DNA of 63,971 bases, counting the filler, from Blastocystis sp. subtype 4 (taxonomy: Eukaryota), in assembly GCF_000743755.1 (NCBI RefSeq). It is 3 parts of 3 records of this genome, joined end to end, with 100 filler letters (N's around TTAATTAATTAA, not from the genome) between each part and the next. Parts side by side here need not be neighbours in the genome. Positions count along the whole stretch, not along the records: positions 1 to 26,410 come from NW_014569400.1; 2 more parts are not named here. One strand, given 5' to 3'. Within the stretch, counting starts at the first letter, position 1. Each line of letters starts with the position of its first letter. Positions 1 to 13,200 of the stretch are shown here, piece by piece. The notes under the pieces are model-generated. The model was not told the origin of the DNA. It saw nothing but the letters and a program-made list of their open reading frames with translations, and searched no databases. The translations under genes were made by a program, and so were the position numbers.

Positions 1-84
1 TGTGTAGTGAAGAAGGTGTACTTCAAGCCTGGACAGAATCTGGCTCTTGATGATGTTATCATGGACTTTGATACCACTGCCTAA
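1..84 (+). CDS. 3' end of a biotin-dependent carboxylase (biotinyl-carrier domain C-terminus, e.g. propionyl-CoA carboxylase alpha); truncated by window start
   Basis: Frame 1 reads CVVKKVYFKPGQNLALDDVIMDFDTTA*, matching the VK.V...PG......D.I..F end of biotinyl/lipoyl domains; TGTTTGTT at 144-151. Confidence 0.65.
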   Translation, partial: CVVKKVYFKPGQNLALDDVIMDFDTTA

Positions 85-353
85 GTTACAGTGATATCTT
101 TCTTGTTCAGCGCTATATGGTTTGCACCTACGTATCCGTTTTCTGTTTGTTCCATTAACACGTTTGTGTCTGTTAGGTTCGTAGTAGAGCTGTTTGAAGT
201 ATGAAAACTTTCTGTAACTCAATTCGTACTTCCTGAGAATTGTGTTGTTGTGTTTCCACGACTCAAAAACAGTCTTATTTGGACTACATTTCGTTTCTTC
301 TGGAGAGAGTAAGTAGGGAATATGTATTTTTGGTCATATTATTATAGAAATCC

Positions 354-937
354 ATGATCAAGGCACTCATTATTGTAAGCATGAATGGACAGCCTAGACT
401 GTCAAAGTTCTATGACTTTATCGTTGATTATTCGATTAGAGTCTGAAATTTAGGAAATGGACAAAAGAAAGGACATCATCCGCAGAATCTACGATACAGT
501 GGTAAAGAGATCAGAGAAACTTTGCAATTTTGTTGAGGATAAAAAGTAGGATGTTGAAAGACGGGTTAATGGGTAGTCTTCAGTTTTGGAGCGAGCCAAC
601 AAAGATCGTTTATCGGAAGGTTTCTTCCATTATTGTTTGCCTTGTGGCAGATGAGAGTGAAAGTGAGCTAGGCCTTCTTGATTTGATTCAAGGTAAGGGT
701 AAAGGAAGTCGTTTATTAGTAGTTTTGATGGATGTGTTGGAGGAGTCATTCGAGGGACTGCGCGAGTATGATCTCATTTACAACATTGATAAGGTTCATT
801 CCATGTTTGACGAGATTATCATGGGAGGATTGGTGTTGGAGACGAATGTGGATAAGATTATGGCAACGATCAATGCAAAGAATTCTTTGGAGTACAAGAT
901 GGAAGATAGTACCGGTCGTCTACCAACTGTAAAATGA
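354..937 (+). CDS. AP3S: AP-3 adaptor complex sigma subunit
   Basis: ATG 354 gives MIKALIIVSMNGQPRLSKFY; later exons carry D..ESELGLLDLIQ and DLIYNIDKVH...DEIIMGGLVLETN; about 30-nt introns (e.g. 423-453). Confidence 0.9.
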
Positions 938-973
938 GTAAACAAACATGTTGTTCAGTATACACTACATAAA

Positions 974-1536
974 CTACTCAGAATCCTCAGCAGACTCTTC
1001 AGCAGATTCTTCAGGAATCGACTCTTCATCCTCTGATTCCGATTCTTCAGCTTCCGACTCCGATTCCTTTACAGCCTTCTTAGGGGCCTTCTTAGCAGGC
1101 TTCTTGGCGGCCTTCTTAGAAGCTCTGGCCTTCTTTTCCTTCTTCTCTTCAGGATGAGTCTTCTTCCATTCAGCCATCTCCTCGTCAAACACTTCCTTCT
1201 CGGCCTCGTAGGCAGCATTATACTTCTAGCTATTACAACTTTATTTGCACTCTGTACACTCTTAGCCTCCTCCGACAGCTCCTTCCACATTCTTCCCATC
1301 TCAGAGAGGATCTGGGTTGCCTTCATATCTAAATATCATAACAAAATAACAATTTGTACCAGGATTCGCCTCTTTCACACTTGCTCTCTTCTCGGCACAA
1401 AAGCGCATATAGCCGCTAAGAGGTCTCTTGGGCTTACCCTCTTCAGAGGCAGTCTTCTTCGTCTGGCGTTTGCTGGTCTAAGCAAGGATTATCCACACTC
1501 TCCACTCGGTACGGCCTCTTTTCCATCGGAACTCAT
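974..1536 (-). CDS. HMG-box protein with Lys/Ala-rich region and acidic tail (HMGB/Nhp6-like)
   Basis: Spliced read gives KPKRPLSGYMRFCAEKRASVKEANP...ATQILSEMGRMWKELSEEAK...Y...E; AACAAACA (minus-strand TGTTTGTT) at 941-948. Confidence 0.9.
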
Positions 1537-1884
1537 CGTAGCAAAAAGGAGAATAGATTGAAGATAAATATGAAGAGTCAAGTGAATGAGTGTTTGGCGG
1601 GAGAATGTGGTATTGATTTGATAGGGAATCGCTACCAATAACCGCGGGCTCGCTTTGTTTGTCATTTCTTGCACTCCATGAAGGATTATCATTCATTTTG
1701 TATCCCATTAATATCGGACTATGGGTTTTATTTAGTTGTTTGAATTCAGAATCAAATGATAATGGGGACTGAAGGTGATATAAGTGGTCGATTTTGCATC
1801 AACTAGCTGTTTTCAAGCCATTACTCCAAAAAGAATTGATACTTAGGTGGATGTCATTTCCCTCCCTTTTCAAGAGCTGTAAAA

Positions 1885-4500
1885 ATGGCATCGTTAGATC
1901 TTATAGATCAGGACATTCATCATCTATGGGAAGAAAGGGGTTTGAATGCTATTTCTGGGAATTCAATTAAGTCTTTATTCCATTCGTTTGTTTCTATCCA
2001 TCAGGACAAGGAAGAAGCATTTAATGGATTTATTCAGTGCTATTACTATCTCCTTAGTAACGATGTCACTACTAAGGGGGTTCATACTCTTCTTACCTGT
2101 ATGATTGATATACTTGAACGTTGTGGAAGTTTATTTGCTGAGCAGCTGTATGATTATGAGAATGGATGGACAACCCAAGATCATATTCTCCTTCTTCTAA
2201 CGAAGATTTATGACATTACAACAGAAACAAGGATCAGATCGACTGTCATTCAGCAACTGGTTTCGTTGCTTGAGGGGTCCCAGTTCGGATCCATTTCTCC
2301 ATCTTCACTCTCCATCATTGTTCTCTCTATTCTGAAATTCTCAGATGTGACTTCAGAGTTTGTGAGTCCATTGGCTCATTGTCTCTGTAGTATTGTATCT
2401 CATCCACAATGGAATGATTGGAAACTGCTAGAGCTCCAGTTGGAAGGTCTCTCAAATCGGATTCAAGAGAGTTTGGTTGTGTCCTTTGTCTCGCTATTAT
2501 TTGAAATGAGTCCATTATTACGAATCCACATCCTTTCAACGGTCCTTTTACCTTCTTTGGAGCAAGGATTATCGAAGCCGAAGCAATTCGCATGCATTAG
2601 TCAGAATCCTTTCTTATCGAGTTACTGTGTTCAACTCCTTCCAGAGTTGAATGCATCTCTTTCGGGTAATTATTTTGTCCTGTGGAGTGATTGTGTGTCA
2701 ACCTGTGTGAAGGAGTTCATACGAGATATTGACTGGGAACAACTGATTCTCTTTCTGACAGTCCGGTTGAAGGAGACAAAAACTTATCGAGTGCAGATGC
2801 GTTGTCTCTCTCTTTTAACTGATATTCTTCTGCATCTGGATGAAGAAGATATTCAAGTGACATCGAAAGATGTGATTTGTCAAGCATGTGTAGGATTGTT
2901 GAACGAGACCAATGAGAAACTATTGTGTCGAGTTCTCAAACTTCTTCCTCTTGTGATGACGAATCATACAGCAACTGTTTCTTGTCTTGTGTTAATCTTG
3001 TTTGTTAATTTGGTAAAGAAGGATGTGGAAACACATTCTCTCTCACTATCCTCTGTACGACAAGAAGCATTTGAATTCCTTTGGAATTCGTCCTCTCTCT
3101 CACTTCCATCACTCTTTCGGTTTGGAATCCTTCCTCTCTATCCAATTCGAGAGTTTATTTCTCAACAGGGTGACGTTGTGAAACTGGTTAGGATGGTTGT
3201 GAAGGATGATGTCGCTGGTGTTGAAGCCTTGTACTCATCCAATCCGATTCACGGAGTTCTTGTTGATCTGTTGGTTTCAATTTGTTTTGGTGAACAGAGT
3301 GAATTGCTACACTCGATTGCTGAAAAACGAGGATTATCACTCTCATCCTCGGATCAACGCAGTTTTAGCATGGAGGAGATTCTGACTCTGTTAGAACATG
3401 CTAGTCACACAACTCTTTCTACGAATCTATCTCCATCTCTTCAATCACTCACACTTGTACCCTTTTCCACACTTCAAGAGACATTGGTTCGTCTTTCTGC
3501 TTCCTTTCAGAACGATAATCACCTTGTTTGTCTACTGAGACTCCTTCGTGTAATCAATCACGTTTGTCTTCAGCGTAACAAACGATTAGCACAGCAAGCT
3601 GAAGATGATCAGGCATCGATTGAGCGGCAACTAAATGTATGAATCAAGTCCTCCTTACACATAGCTCCATTATCTCCACAATGGGATTCTCTCCTGCTAT
3701 CTTCCATTCATTCGGTTTGTTCTTCCTTCCCATACTCACAGGTAGTCATATCATCACATTGCCTGGATCACCCATTGTCCAACAAGAACTCTGTCTATTA
3801 GTTGGACAGATCCTTTCCATTTCGGAGAACCCACCTCTTAAAGAATACATACTTAAAGCAATCGACTCACCTATCGCACCTCTGGCTGTATCAGTTCTCC
3901 TCTCACTCTCTGTTGAAGGTATCAGTCTTTCTTGTCTCCTCAATAGACTCTCTTTTCTTAGATGAACTTCTCTCTTATGTGAAGTTGCATACTCCCTCTG
4001 CTCCTCTTCTCTATCTCATTGGTCATGCTGTTATCTCCAATCAGCTCCAGGATTCCTTCCTTCAACCCATTCTATTGACATTATTGCAGACTCAGGATGA
4101 AGACATTCGGATGGTGGGGAACGAGATATTGCGTTCCGTTGTCCGAACGGGTAATAAGGGAGAGATCAGCGACTTCCTTCTGGATGTAGTTATTGATTGG
4201 CTGCAGTCAGGTCTGGCTGAGGACGAGAGAGCTATTGAGCCCTTGAAACTACTTCTGCAGGAGGCTCGTGAAGCACGATCTGTGAATGAGAAGACATTAG
4301 CTGAAGGTATTGTTCAGTATTTTGTGAAGCATCCTAAACCGAGTTCATTGAGACTCGTGAAGGAAGAACGATCTCATTGGACACGAGGATGTGTAGAGAT
4401 GTTGGAGGTATGACTAGAAATGATTTATCATTAGCAATTCCAACGAAGCGAAGATCCGTTGGCTTCAAGAGTTCGAGAATTCATTCGAGACACACGATAA
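1885..4500 (+). CDS. Uncharacterised large Leu-rich alpha-solenoid (HEAT/ARM-like) protein
   Basis: 585-aa ORF linked to downstream ORFs by short introns (3637-3664, 4408-4434); last exon QFQRSEDPLASRVREFIRDTR* ends TAA 4498-4500; TGTTTCTT at 4507-4514. Confidence 0.65.
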
Positions 4501-4525
4501 TGAGATTGTTTCTTAACAAACACAT

Positions 4526-7156
4526 TTAAATCTGTTTCCCAAGTATCTTCAATGTTTGACTCACGTTCAATGAAGGAATCATTCTTTCTTAAGATGAAAG
4601 GATATGAATTCTTTTCCCTGAAGGTCACAATACTCGTTGATGTCTGTTAGTATACTCTCCACGTTAAATTTGTGGAATAAGGACACATTCTCTCCTACAT
4701 CATCATACTCCCATTCTCTTTACCATTCTTTGATAAGTAACGCAAAGCACCTGCAGCAAATCCCAACCACATTGGAATATGTGATAAAACATACTGTGAG
4801 GGATCCTGCTCCGTTCCACTGAACCGAGTGGATCCATCTGACACCCGACTCTCTTCCGACAACGATGAGCCACGCTCCAGTCCTCGGAAGCTATCACTAC
4901 ACAGTCGACGATCAACAGGACTATTGGGAGACAGACTATCAATTGTCATTTCCGTGGGGATTAAATGATGTTCTCGAGCAATATCAACATACCTCCGTAT
5001 CTCAGTAATGAACATGATCAACTACAGTTCAGTCTCATTTCCTCAGAACTACAAGTGAAGATGGGAGAATGATCTGCTTTCTGGAGTATATTGAACAATT
5101 CAATAGTTGACCAAACAGTACTCCCGACAGGTTGTCGTGATGCTGGGAGAGAAGTGTTTCCAAACGTTGTATGCCATGTTGATTGAGAAACTCTCCTACC
5201 ATCTGAGTGTCTATGTATCACTGCTTCAACTCAATTGTACCTCCACGCAATAGGTTGCTGATGGCCTTGGCAGCACACACACTACAGGGACCAGACCAGG
5301 CCTCTTCGATCTGATTCAGTGCATTAAGTCCGTTGGCTAGTCGGAATAACCGTGTATTTCCTGGGTGTCCACTGGTCACTACAGTGGCGAGAGCGATTGC
5401 CGACATGACTACCTTAGCACTGGAGCAGGCGAATACGTTGATGATTTTGATGACGCCATCACAAGCGGCTAATCGATCTCGGGCCTCAGGACACCAACGG
5501 CAACATGACTTCACAGTTTCCAGAGCATAGATCATCATGCGCTCATTGGTTAGCTGAATCAGGCTCATTAATAACTCGACACCATCTAGACCCACAAGCT
5601 CGACACAATTCGCCTTTTCTAGATTGCAAAGGTTCATGAGGAGACCAATGAGATACAGTATTATCTTTCGCACACTGGGATCTCGCGCAGACAGGAGATC
5701 AGAGGAGGAATGCGTTTGCAAACGGGGTGACGACAGGCCTGATCGAGAAGAACTCTCGGCGAGGCGAGAGAAAGTGGGAGAAGAGTCTGTGAAGGAAGAT
5801 TGGGAACGGGGATTGAGAAACTCGTTCTGGAGCAAAGCCAACACTGTCGTAATCCCTTCTTTCTCACGGAAAACTGTCGAAATGTCTCTACTGGACTGGG
5901 TTGTGTTTAACAAAAGACCACTTACCATCAGCAACAACTCTTGAATTTCCGTGGGAATCCCATGTGTATTGAGGATCTGTGTGTTCCCGAACTGCAAACA
6001 GCGTACGAGACTGGACATTACATCTGACTGCGCCACCACATGCTGAACCGCCAAACCAGCTGATTCTCTGCGGAGAGTTCTCAGAGCAGAGACACGAATG
6101 GAAACGAGAGGATAGTTGATAAGCGAGAAACAGGCATTGAGAGACTCAGAGAGAGCGTGCTTCTGAACAAATTCGAGACGGTTCTGACAGCAGCGGATAC
6201 AACTTTGGGTGCTTCGGAAGTCAGAGCCACTGAGAGGAACTGTCAGCTGGATCTCCTTCGATTCCACGCCAGAATCTCGAGGCGACTTTACCAGATCGTG
6301 GAGCGAGGTATCACTATGACAGCGCCAATACCAGTAACTGGCATCAAAGTCCCGCGAAGTGAAGCGACGATGGGTATCCTGGTCTACAAGAGACCATTCC
6401 ATCATGGAACTAGTCGAGAGATAGCTGGCAACATGAACCTGAATAGCAAATGGCAGTTGGGACCAGATGGAAGGGGGAGTATGAAGCCTTGTTGAACACG
6501 ACTTACAAACTCGTTGTGAACCCACTTTGGAGGCAATATAGCCATACTGAGTGAGATTCTGAGAATCACAAACATGAAATGAATCTTACTTCTGTTGTTG
6601 AGATGCATTTCCTACACAATACTCTTCCACATAAACGACAGTGATGCCTCCGACGAAACCACGTAAAGGTTGCATTACAATCAGAACAAGATTTGACTAA
6701 TTTATCTGGAACCCACAACGGAGACATCCGAAAATCCCCAACTGATGAAAAAGAACTCCCATAATCCCCTCTTCGTTCATATGGATGTAATTGATGACTC
6801 TGCTATTGAAACAAGCTAAACATCCTTACAAATACGTCTCCACAACACTGAGAACAGGCAAAAGTTGAGAATGCAGTAAAGTCTGATTCCAGTACTGCAG
6901 GAATATATAAAACACTCTTTCTTAGTTGATAATCACAGTTAGAATAGCAACGAATACACATCTTGCAAACACGGACTCGTTTTAGCACTCCAAGATAAGG
7001 AATGGGCGACACATAGGGTGCACAAAACGTACAGACTGTCTATTCTAAAGGCGGATATTGGATCCTCACTTTATGGCAACTCTCGCATCTGCATAAAGAG
7101 AATATATCTGATTCCTCGGACTCACAGAGAGCACATCTCCTGATCCGAGATTCCAT
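4526..7156 (-). CDS. Protein with FYVE-like zinc fingers, F-box-like motif and armadillo repeats
   Basis: MESRIRRCALC..CRCESC; RVRVCKMC and QRVCKSC (FYVE C-terminal RVC motif); WSQLPFAIQVHVASYLS (F-box-like); ARM-like helices in ORF 5218-6525; TAA 4528-4526 next to element 4515-4522. Confidence 0.7.
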
Positions 7157-7251
7157 CTTATTTGTTTCTTGTAAAACGATCAATATCCGCGGTTTTCTTC
7201 TATAACAAACAAATGCAAGAAACTGAAATATACATATAGAATTCTCTAAGT

Positions 7252-10200
7252 CTAAAGTTCTGAGGACAGTGACTCCTGAATGGACTGAATCTCATTCTAC
7301 ACATCACAAAATCCTGATTCCCTTACCTGCAACATATCTCGCTCTTCCTTTAATGTTTCAATCGTCTCCTCGTTTACTTCTGCAGTCCTTCTTGCTTCGT
7401 TCAACTGCGACTCGAACATCTCAGACATCATTCTCTTTGTAGCCAATGGATTCATCTTGTACTCTTCAAGACCAACTTGCTTCCATCCCTGTGTGTGGGA
7501 CATCTCATATAAGACGGTTGCCTCCTTATCAGCCCGTATTCGCATTACCGTGTAACGATCCTTCTCAATCTCCCACTGCACTCGCCATTTCTCTGCATAC
7601 ACGATAATTGCTAAACAGATCAAAAACACAGGAATTGCGATATATAACGTAGATGAGAAATGTGCAACCATTAGCTGGGATACTGAGGTCTGATCCTCCT
7701 CGATGTCAGTTAGATGGCTCTGGGGATACACGATCACTGTCAGTTTCATTGGCCGTTTCACTCGCACACGGAACATCTCTTGTTCTACTGTGTACTCATT
7801 GGAGTCCAAACATGTCCATGAATTGAGAAGGAGTTCGGCGGGACAGATTTCCTTCTCTTGAATGTCCAGAGCATTGCGGTATACAGTGTTATCGTAGATG
7901 GCCGATGGCTTGAAGTGTACGGAGGCAGGTACCAATAAGGAGAATTCAATGGGCTGTCGTAGTGAAGAGACAGTCTGATTAGCCTCTAATGCGATGAAGG
8001 TCAGTGAAACTGCTGGTGCAATCTGGAGAGCTGTGACAGGAACCACTTGTTGAAGTCCTAGCTCTCTAGCTCGCTGCCTGTCAGCGACTACCACATATTG
8101 GGAGGAGAGATCCATGGTGGAGATAGGAGCCACATGGAGGAAGAGAGGCTGTGATGGCTGGATCAGTGTGGCAGAGGGAGCTGTGATAGTGGCGTAGGGT
8201 TCATGATTGCTGTCGTAGAGCAAAACAGGTCCAGTAGCTTCAGCAGTGAGAGTGATCGTGGCTTCCACGGGGATGTGATAGAGATAGTGATTGGCAGAAC
8301 AGTCTGTGAGAGAATCCACACAGGCTCCATTGAAACATCGATATTGATTTGCTGGACAGTTATGAGTCCCCTGACAGAGATGTATCTCATCCTGACCAGG
8401 GAGAGGGTCCACACATGAGCCATCAGGACAAATCACCATCCCTAGTCCACAGGAGAGCGAGATCGAACAAGATGGACGACACAGCCCATCGGAACAGAGC
8501 TCACCAAACTGACAGCGCATTCCTCCTTGCAAAGACCGGTAGGGAAAGAGAAACTCCAGGAGTGTCATGGAGGTGCTCGTATGCTGTGTATCCACGATCA
8601 CACGTTGAGAACACTCCTGATTCAACTCCACGCACTCACCAGAGGGACAACGTTTAGGTCGATAGGCTGTGCATGCAGGAATTGGAACACAGTATTCGGC
8701 ATCCTGGAAGAGTCCATTACTACAAAGCGTGAAGGGGAAGGGAGTTGTAGACACGTATTCCTCCGACGATGTCCAACGCCAGAACCAGAAGGAGTGATGG
8801 TGTGTGATTGTCGTAGAATCCACAATCACAGCTATTTGCTGGAGTTGGGCATAAGATGGGTATACACACAATGCTGGAGTTGCTGCGCAACGACCATTGA
8901 AACAGAGATATGGCTTATGAGGAGGACAGGTCTTATGATTCTGGCAGTCTCCTTGATTACGAACACATGATCCTAACCACTAAACATCTCGCTCATTCCC
9001 TACCATTCTCACAATACACAGGTCTCTCTGCAGGACAGAAAGGATAGTGCCAATTAGAAACCTACTCATCAACTCTTCCTTCTTTGATTACCTTGCATCC
9101 ATCACATGGCGGACAGTGTGCATAGTCCACAACACACTGCATGTTAGAACAGAGATATGGAGTGTCTGGAGGACAAGCTGGTGTTGGCTGGCATACATTG
9201 TTCTGAACGAGGTTTACGAGGTACGAACTAACGAGTAATCCCTCTCCTCCGACAGCTGGAACAAACGAACTAAAGGGGTACTGGTGAGGCCAGGACCCAC
9301 AGTTGCCTGTTACACAGCGGTTGGGCAGCAGTACAGAACAACCAGGGGACTGTGAACAGAGAACAGGCGAGGCAACACAAGTTCCATCCGAACATAGAAC
9401 TGGCTTGTCATCATTACAGCTGACTGTTTGCTGATCAGATGAAGGAGTCTCTAAACATTCACCTTCTGAGGATCGGAATGGCTGGAGAAGAGGACAACCA
9501 TTCAGCAGAGTGCATGTTGTTGCGTCCGATACACAGCTTCCATCAACACACTTGATCGGTGTTTTGGGATCACAACCATTCGCTAATGACGCCACTCCAC
9601 AAGTAGCTGCTGAAACAGCACAGTGGCCATCGAGACACTTGTAGGGCAAGCCGACGGGGCAACCAGATTCATTGAGACAGAGCGAACTCATGGTAACACA
9701 CTGACCACTGTAAGGACCTTCAGTACAGAGATGAGGAGCTGTCTTGGGACATGGACTCGTAGCACCGCAAAGATGCTTGTTAGCTGAGCAGGAGCCATCT
9801 GCACAACGATAATCTCCATTTCCCAGGTGTTCAGAGGAACAAGGAGTGACTGTAGGACATTGGACAGAAGATGTGACGCAAGCACCTGAGGCACAGAGAA
9901 ACGGAGTATTGGAAGGACAGAGTTGTGAAGTACGATTGACAGGGTTGGAAGGATAATTGCGATTGTAGTGAAGGTGTAGGAAAGAAGCCACAGAATCAAC
10001 TTGAAGGAACTGGAGATATGGGCTGTGACGAGAATAGTTCTCAGAGATTCGCACAGATGGTCGAAGGACAGGACAAGAGGTGAGAGAAAGAGCGCAGAGA
10101 CCGTTGTCACATCGATGATAAGGAGCAGGACACAACGTACTGAGGCGACAGGAGGCGAGGTTAGAGACACAGGAACCATCGCTACACTGCAGGAGGGAGT

Positions 10201-13200
10201 CGGAACAGAACTGGATCGAGGGACACTCTGTTTCATCAGCAACACACTGTCCATTTGGACAGCGAATAGGTGTGAGGAAGGGACAGGTGACTTGAGGACA
10301 CTCGAACTCCGTAGCTCGACACGACCCATCATCACACAACACTTTCCCATGACACAAATCGAAAGTATTTCGGTTGATATCGTTAACAATCAATCCATCT
10401 AAACATCACTCTTCTCATCTGTTCCTACTGCTAGTGCATGTTGATCGGTCATACACACATTCTCCCGTGACGCCGCAGAAATACAGTCCTGTTGCACAGT
10501 ACTGAGGCTCTGGACAGTCTTCTGGGATCTTCCTGCACGATTGATCCCAACAGAGAATCGGCTGGTCAGAAGGACATACGATGAAGGAGCAGGAGTCGAA
10601 GGAACTAGCACACGATCCATCTTCGCATAGGACTTGATCGTTAGGACACTCTGTGAAGGCTTCACACTGATGACGTGTGATCACACACTGACCATTCATA
10701 CATCGAACAGGTCGATCTCGGGGACACACAGTAACTGAGGGACACGTAACTGTTTGGTTCACACAATGTCCATCGAAACAATACTTCATTCCCGCGGGAC
10801 ATTTCAGTTTATCTGCAAAAGAACTGGTACATGTTTCACAAGGATAATTGCGTAATTTGGATTTACATTCTCTTTCAATTTCTGCCTTCTTGCTTTCCAA
10901 ACAAGTTGAATAGCTCGCTCCTGAGCAAACTCCATTCTCACAACATTGATTGGCAAATCCATCGGCGTTCACTTGTTCATAGACACACTGTTTGATGCTA
11001 ATTTCCAGTGAGGTATCGAAGTATTCAAACAAGTCCTTTCCTTCGAGATAAGATAACCACAAATCACCCATGACTGACGACTCGGAGAGATATGAAGGCT
11101 GTTCGGATACACTACCAAGAAGGGACTTGCATGACCCATTACTGCAAAGTGTCTCCTCGTCGGCACAGACACGGCGAGTAGGGCACAGAAGACGTGATTT
11201 GACACATAGATTCATGAGTGGACACACGACGAGACCCGCTGGACACATCATGCGAGCTTCATAAGTGAGAGGATCAGGACAATCAGTGACTCCAGCAGCA
11301 CAGCGACCATCAAAGCAACGATACGGTAACGAGGAGGGACAAGGAGGGGGATGCGAGCAATCCTCGAAATGCGCCACACAACGAGCAGAGAGACGACAGT
11401 AGTAGGGATAGGCCCAAGGACATGGCTGCTGGTCGACTAAAATCCCTAGATCCACAATAATGCCTTTCGTATCGTCAGTATATTCACCACGCTGGAGGAG
11501 TTGGACCTTTGTATCAGAGAAGCCATAGTGAAGAGCCTCAGCACTTAACAACTGGAGACAGAGTCGCATGGAAGCCATACAAATGGTTTCCTTACACAAT
11601 ACAGGCCGATCCTCTGGACAGATGACGTCTGGCACACAGTCCTCAGGTCTATGAACACACTCCTTATTAGGACAGAGAATAAGTGGCGGAGGACATGTAT
11701 CTTTGTGGGCCGGACAAAAGGCCTGATTAGCTCGACATGAACCATCCTCACACAGTACCATTCCAAATGGACAAAGTGTCTGAGCAGGACACAACTGGTA
11801 GGAGAGAGCACATGTTTTGTCAGGACAAGTGACCATGGAGTCAGGACATTTCCCTGCTGTGGTGATCATGGCAGGTCCGTGACCTATTTTGGAGACACAT
11901 CGTCCATCGGTGGTGAGAATATGCTCCCGTGGACAGGTTACCACAGAACCACAAGTGACATCCGAAGCTGAGGAACAGGAGCCATCAGGACACCGCAGTG
12001 GCCGATCCAGAGGACAAGGCGTGTGAATCACACACTCATCCACCGAATCTCGACACACACCATTCTCACACCGCACTTTTCCATCAGGACAGCTGGGTGT
12101 GAAAGGACACTCCTCATATGCTGTAGCACAGGCAATACCATCAGCACAGAGAAGTGGTGTATGTCGTGGACAGGTGCGAGTGGTAACAAACTCACATTCC
12201 TCCTGTGACAAGCCGCATCGCTTGAGGTCGCCACAAAGGACCGTGGAAGGAGGACAAGCCACAATCTGACTACATTGGTCTCGAGAACTGACACAGTGAT
12301 AATCAGGACATGCTATGAAAGAAGATGGACAGATGAGCGAGGCAGAGCAGGAAGCACTTGACTCATAGCACTGCCCAGTGGAACATCGTGTCGTGACACA
12401 GGGACACTGACTGGTTGGAGACAATGCACTCGTACAGCGAGGCATAAAATCACGATTTCCCCAACACAGACTTTCTGTATTCTCACAATAGTTTGTGACC
12501 TCACAACTAGAAACTGACTCCAAACATTCCCAAGAGAATTCTCTTGAGTCTAATTGTGTATCGTCTGGGAATGTCCAGCACTGGAAAAGGTTCTCCTCCT
12601 CCTGCAGACAGGTATCCGGATGAACTGTGAGAGTAACAGTTTTAGCAAGAGGCCACTCAACTGTGCCATTCAAGACTCGGAAGCTAAGCGTTCCCTGACC
12701 ATACTGTGTGAAGGTGAGATTTCCAGCAAAGGAAAATGAATTTGAACAGTCTCCTTCTGGCGACAGAGCTACAATCCTATCGGTCTATGTGTGAGAGAAC
12801 AGAAAGAAACGAACTGAGGATAGAGACTCCATGTGAATAAGAGTAACAACCTGAATCTGCTTGTCTGGCTCACAAATTCGATTGGAATACGAATCCATCA
12901 GAATTACTTCGATATGGAGAGGATTCTGGACTTGCCATTCTGTTGGTATCGGCGTACTCACTGAAGATTGAGAGATGTCGATTGCAAGAGGTTTCAATTC
13001 TTGAACCCACGAATCTGCCAAATAGTGTTGTGACCGTAAGTCTCGAATGCGCAGTGTCATGAATCCGGCATACTGGAGACGGAAAGTCAGAACACAGGAC
13101 CCATTGCCATAATTGATAAAAGTCTCATTCACAGAGAGGAAGTCTGTATTCAAGGTGGAGTGAATATCAGAGATTGTAAGTTCCAGAACTAATTTCTCGT

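Noticed and set aside
3637..4434. Frequent frame breaks suggesting pseudogenes, frameshifting or an alternative genetic code
   Set aside because: Breaks checked are explained by about 30-nt GT...AG introns; long exons read cleanly in the standard code
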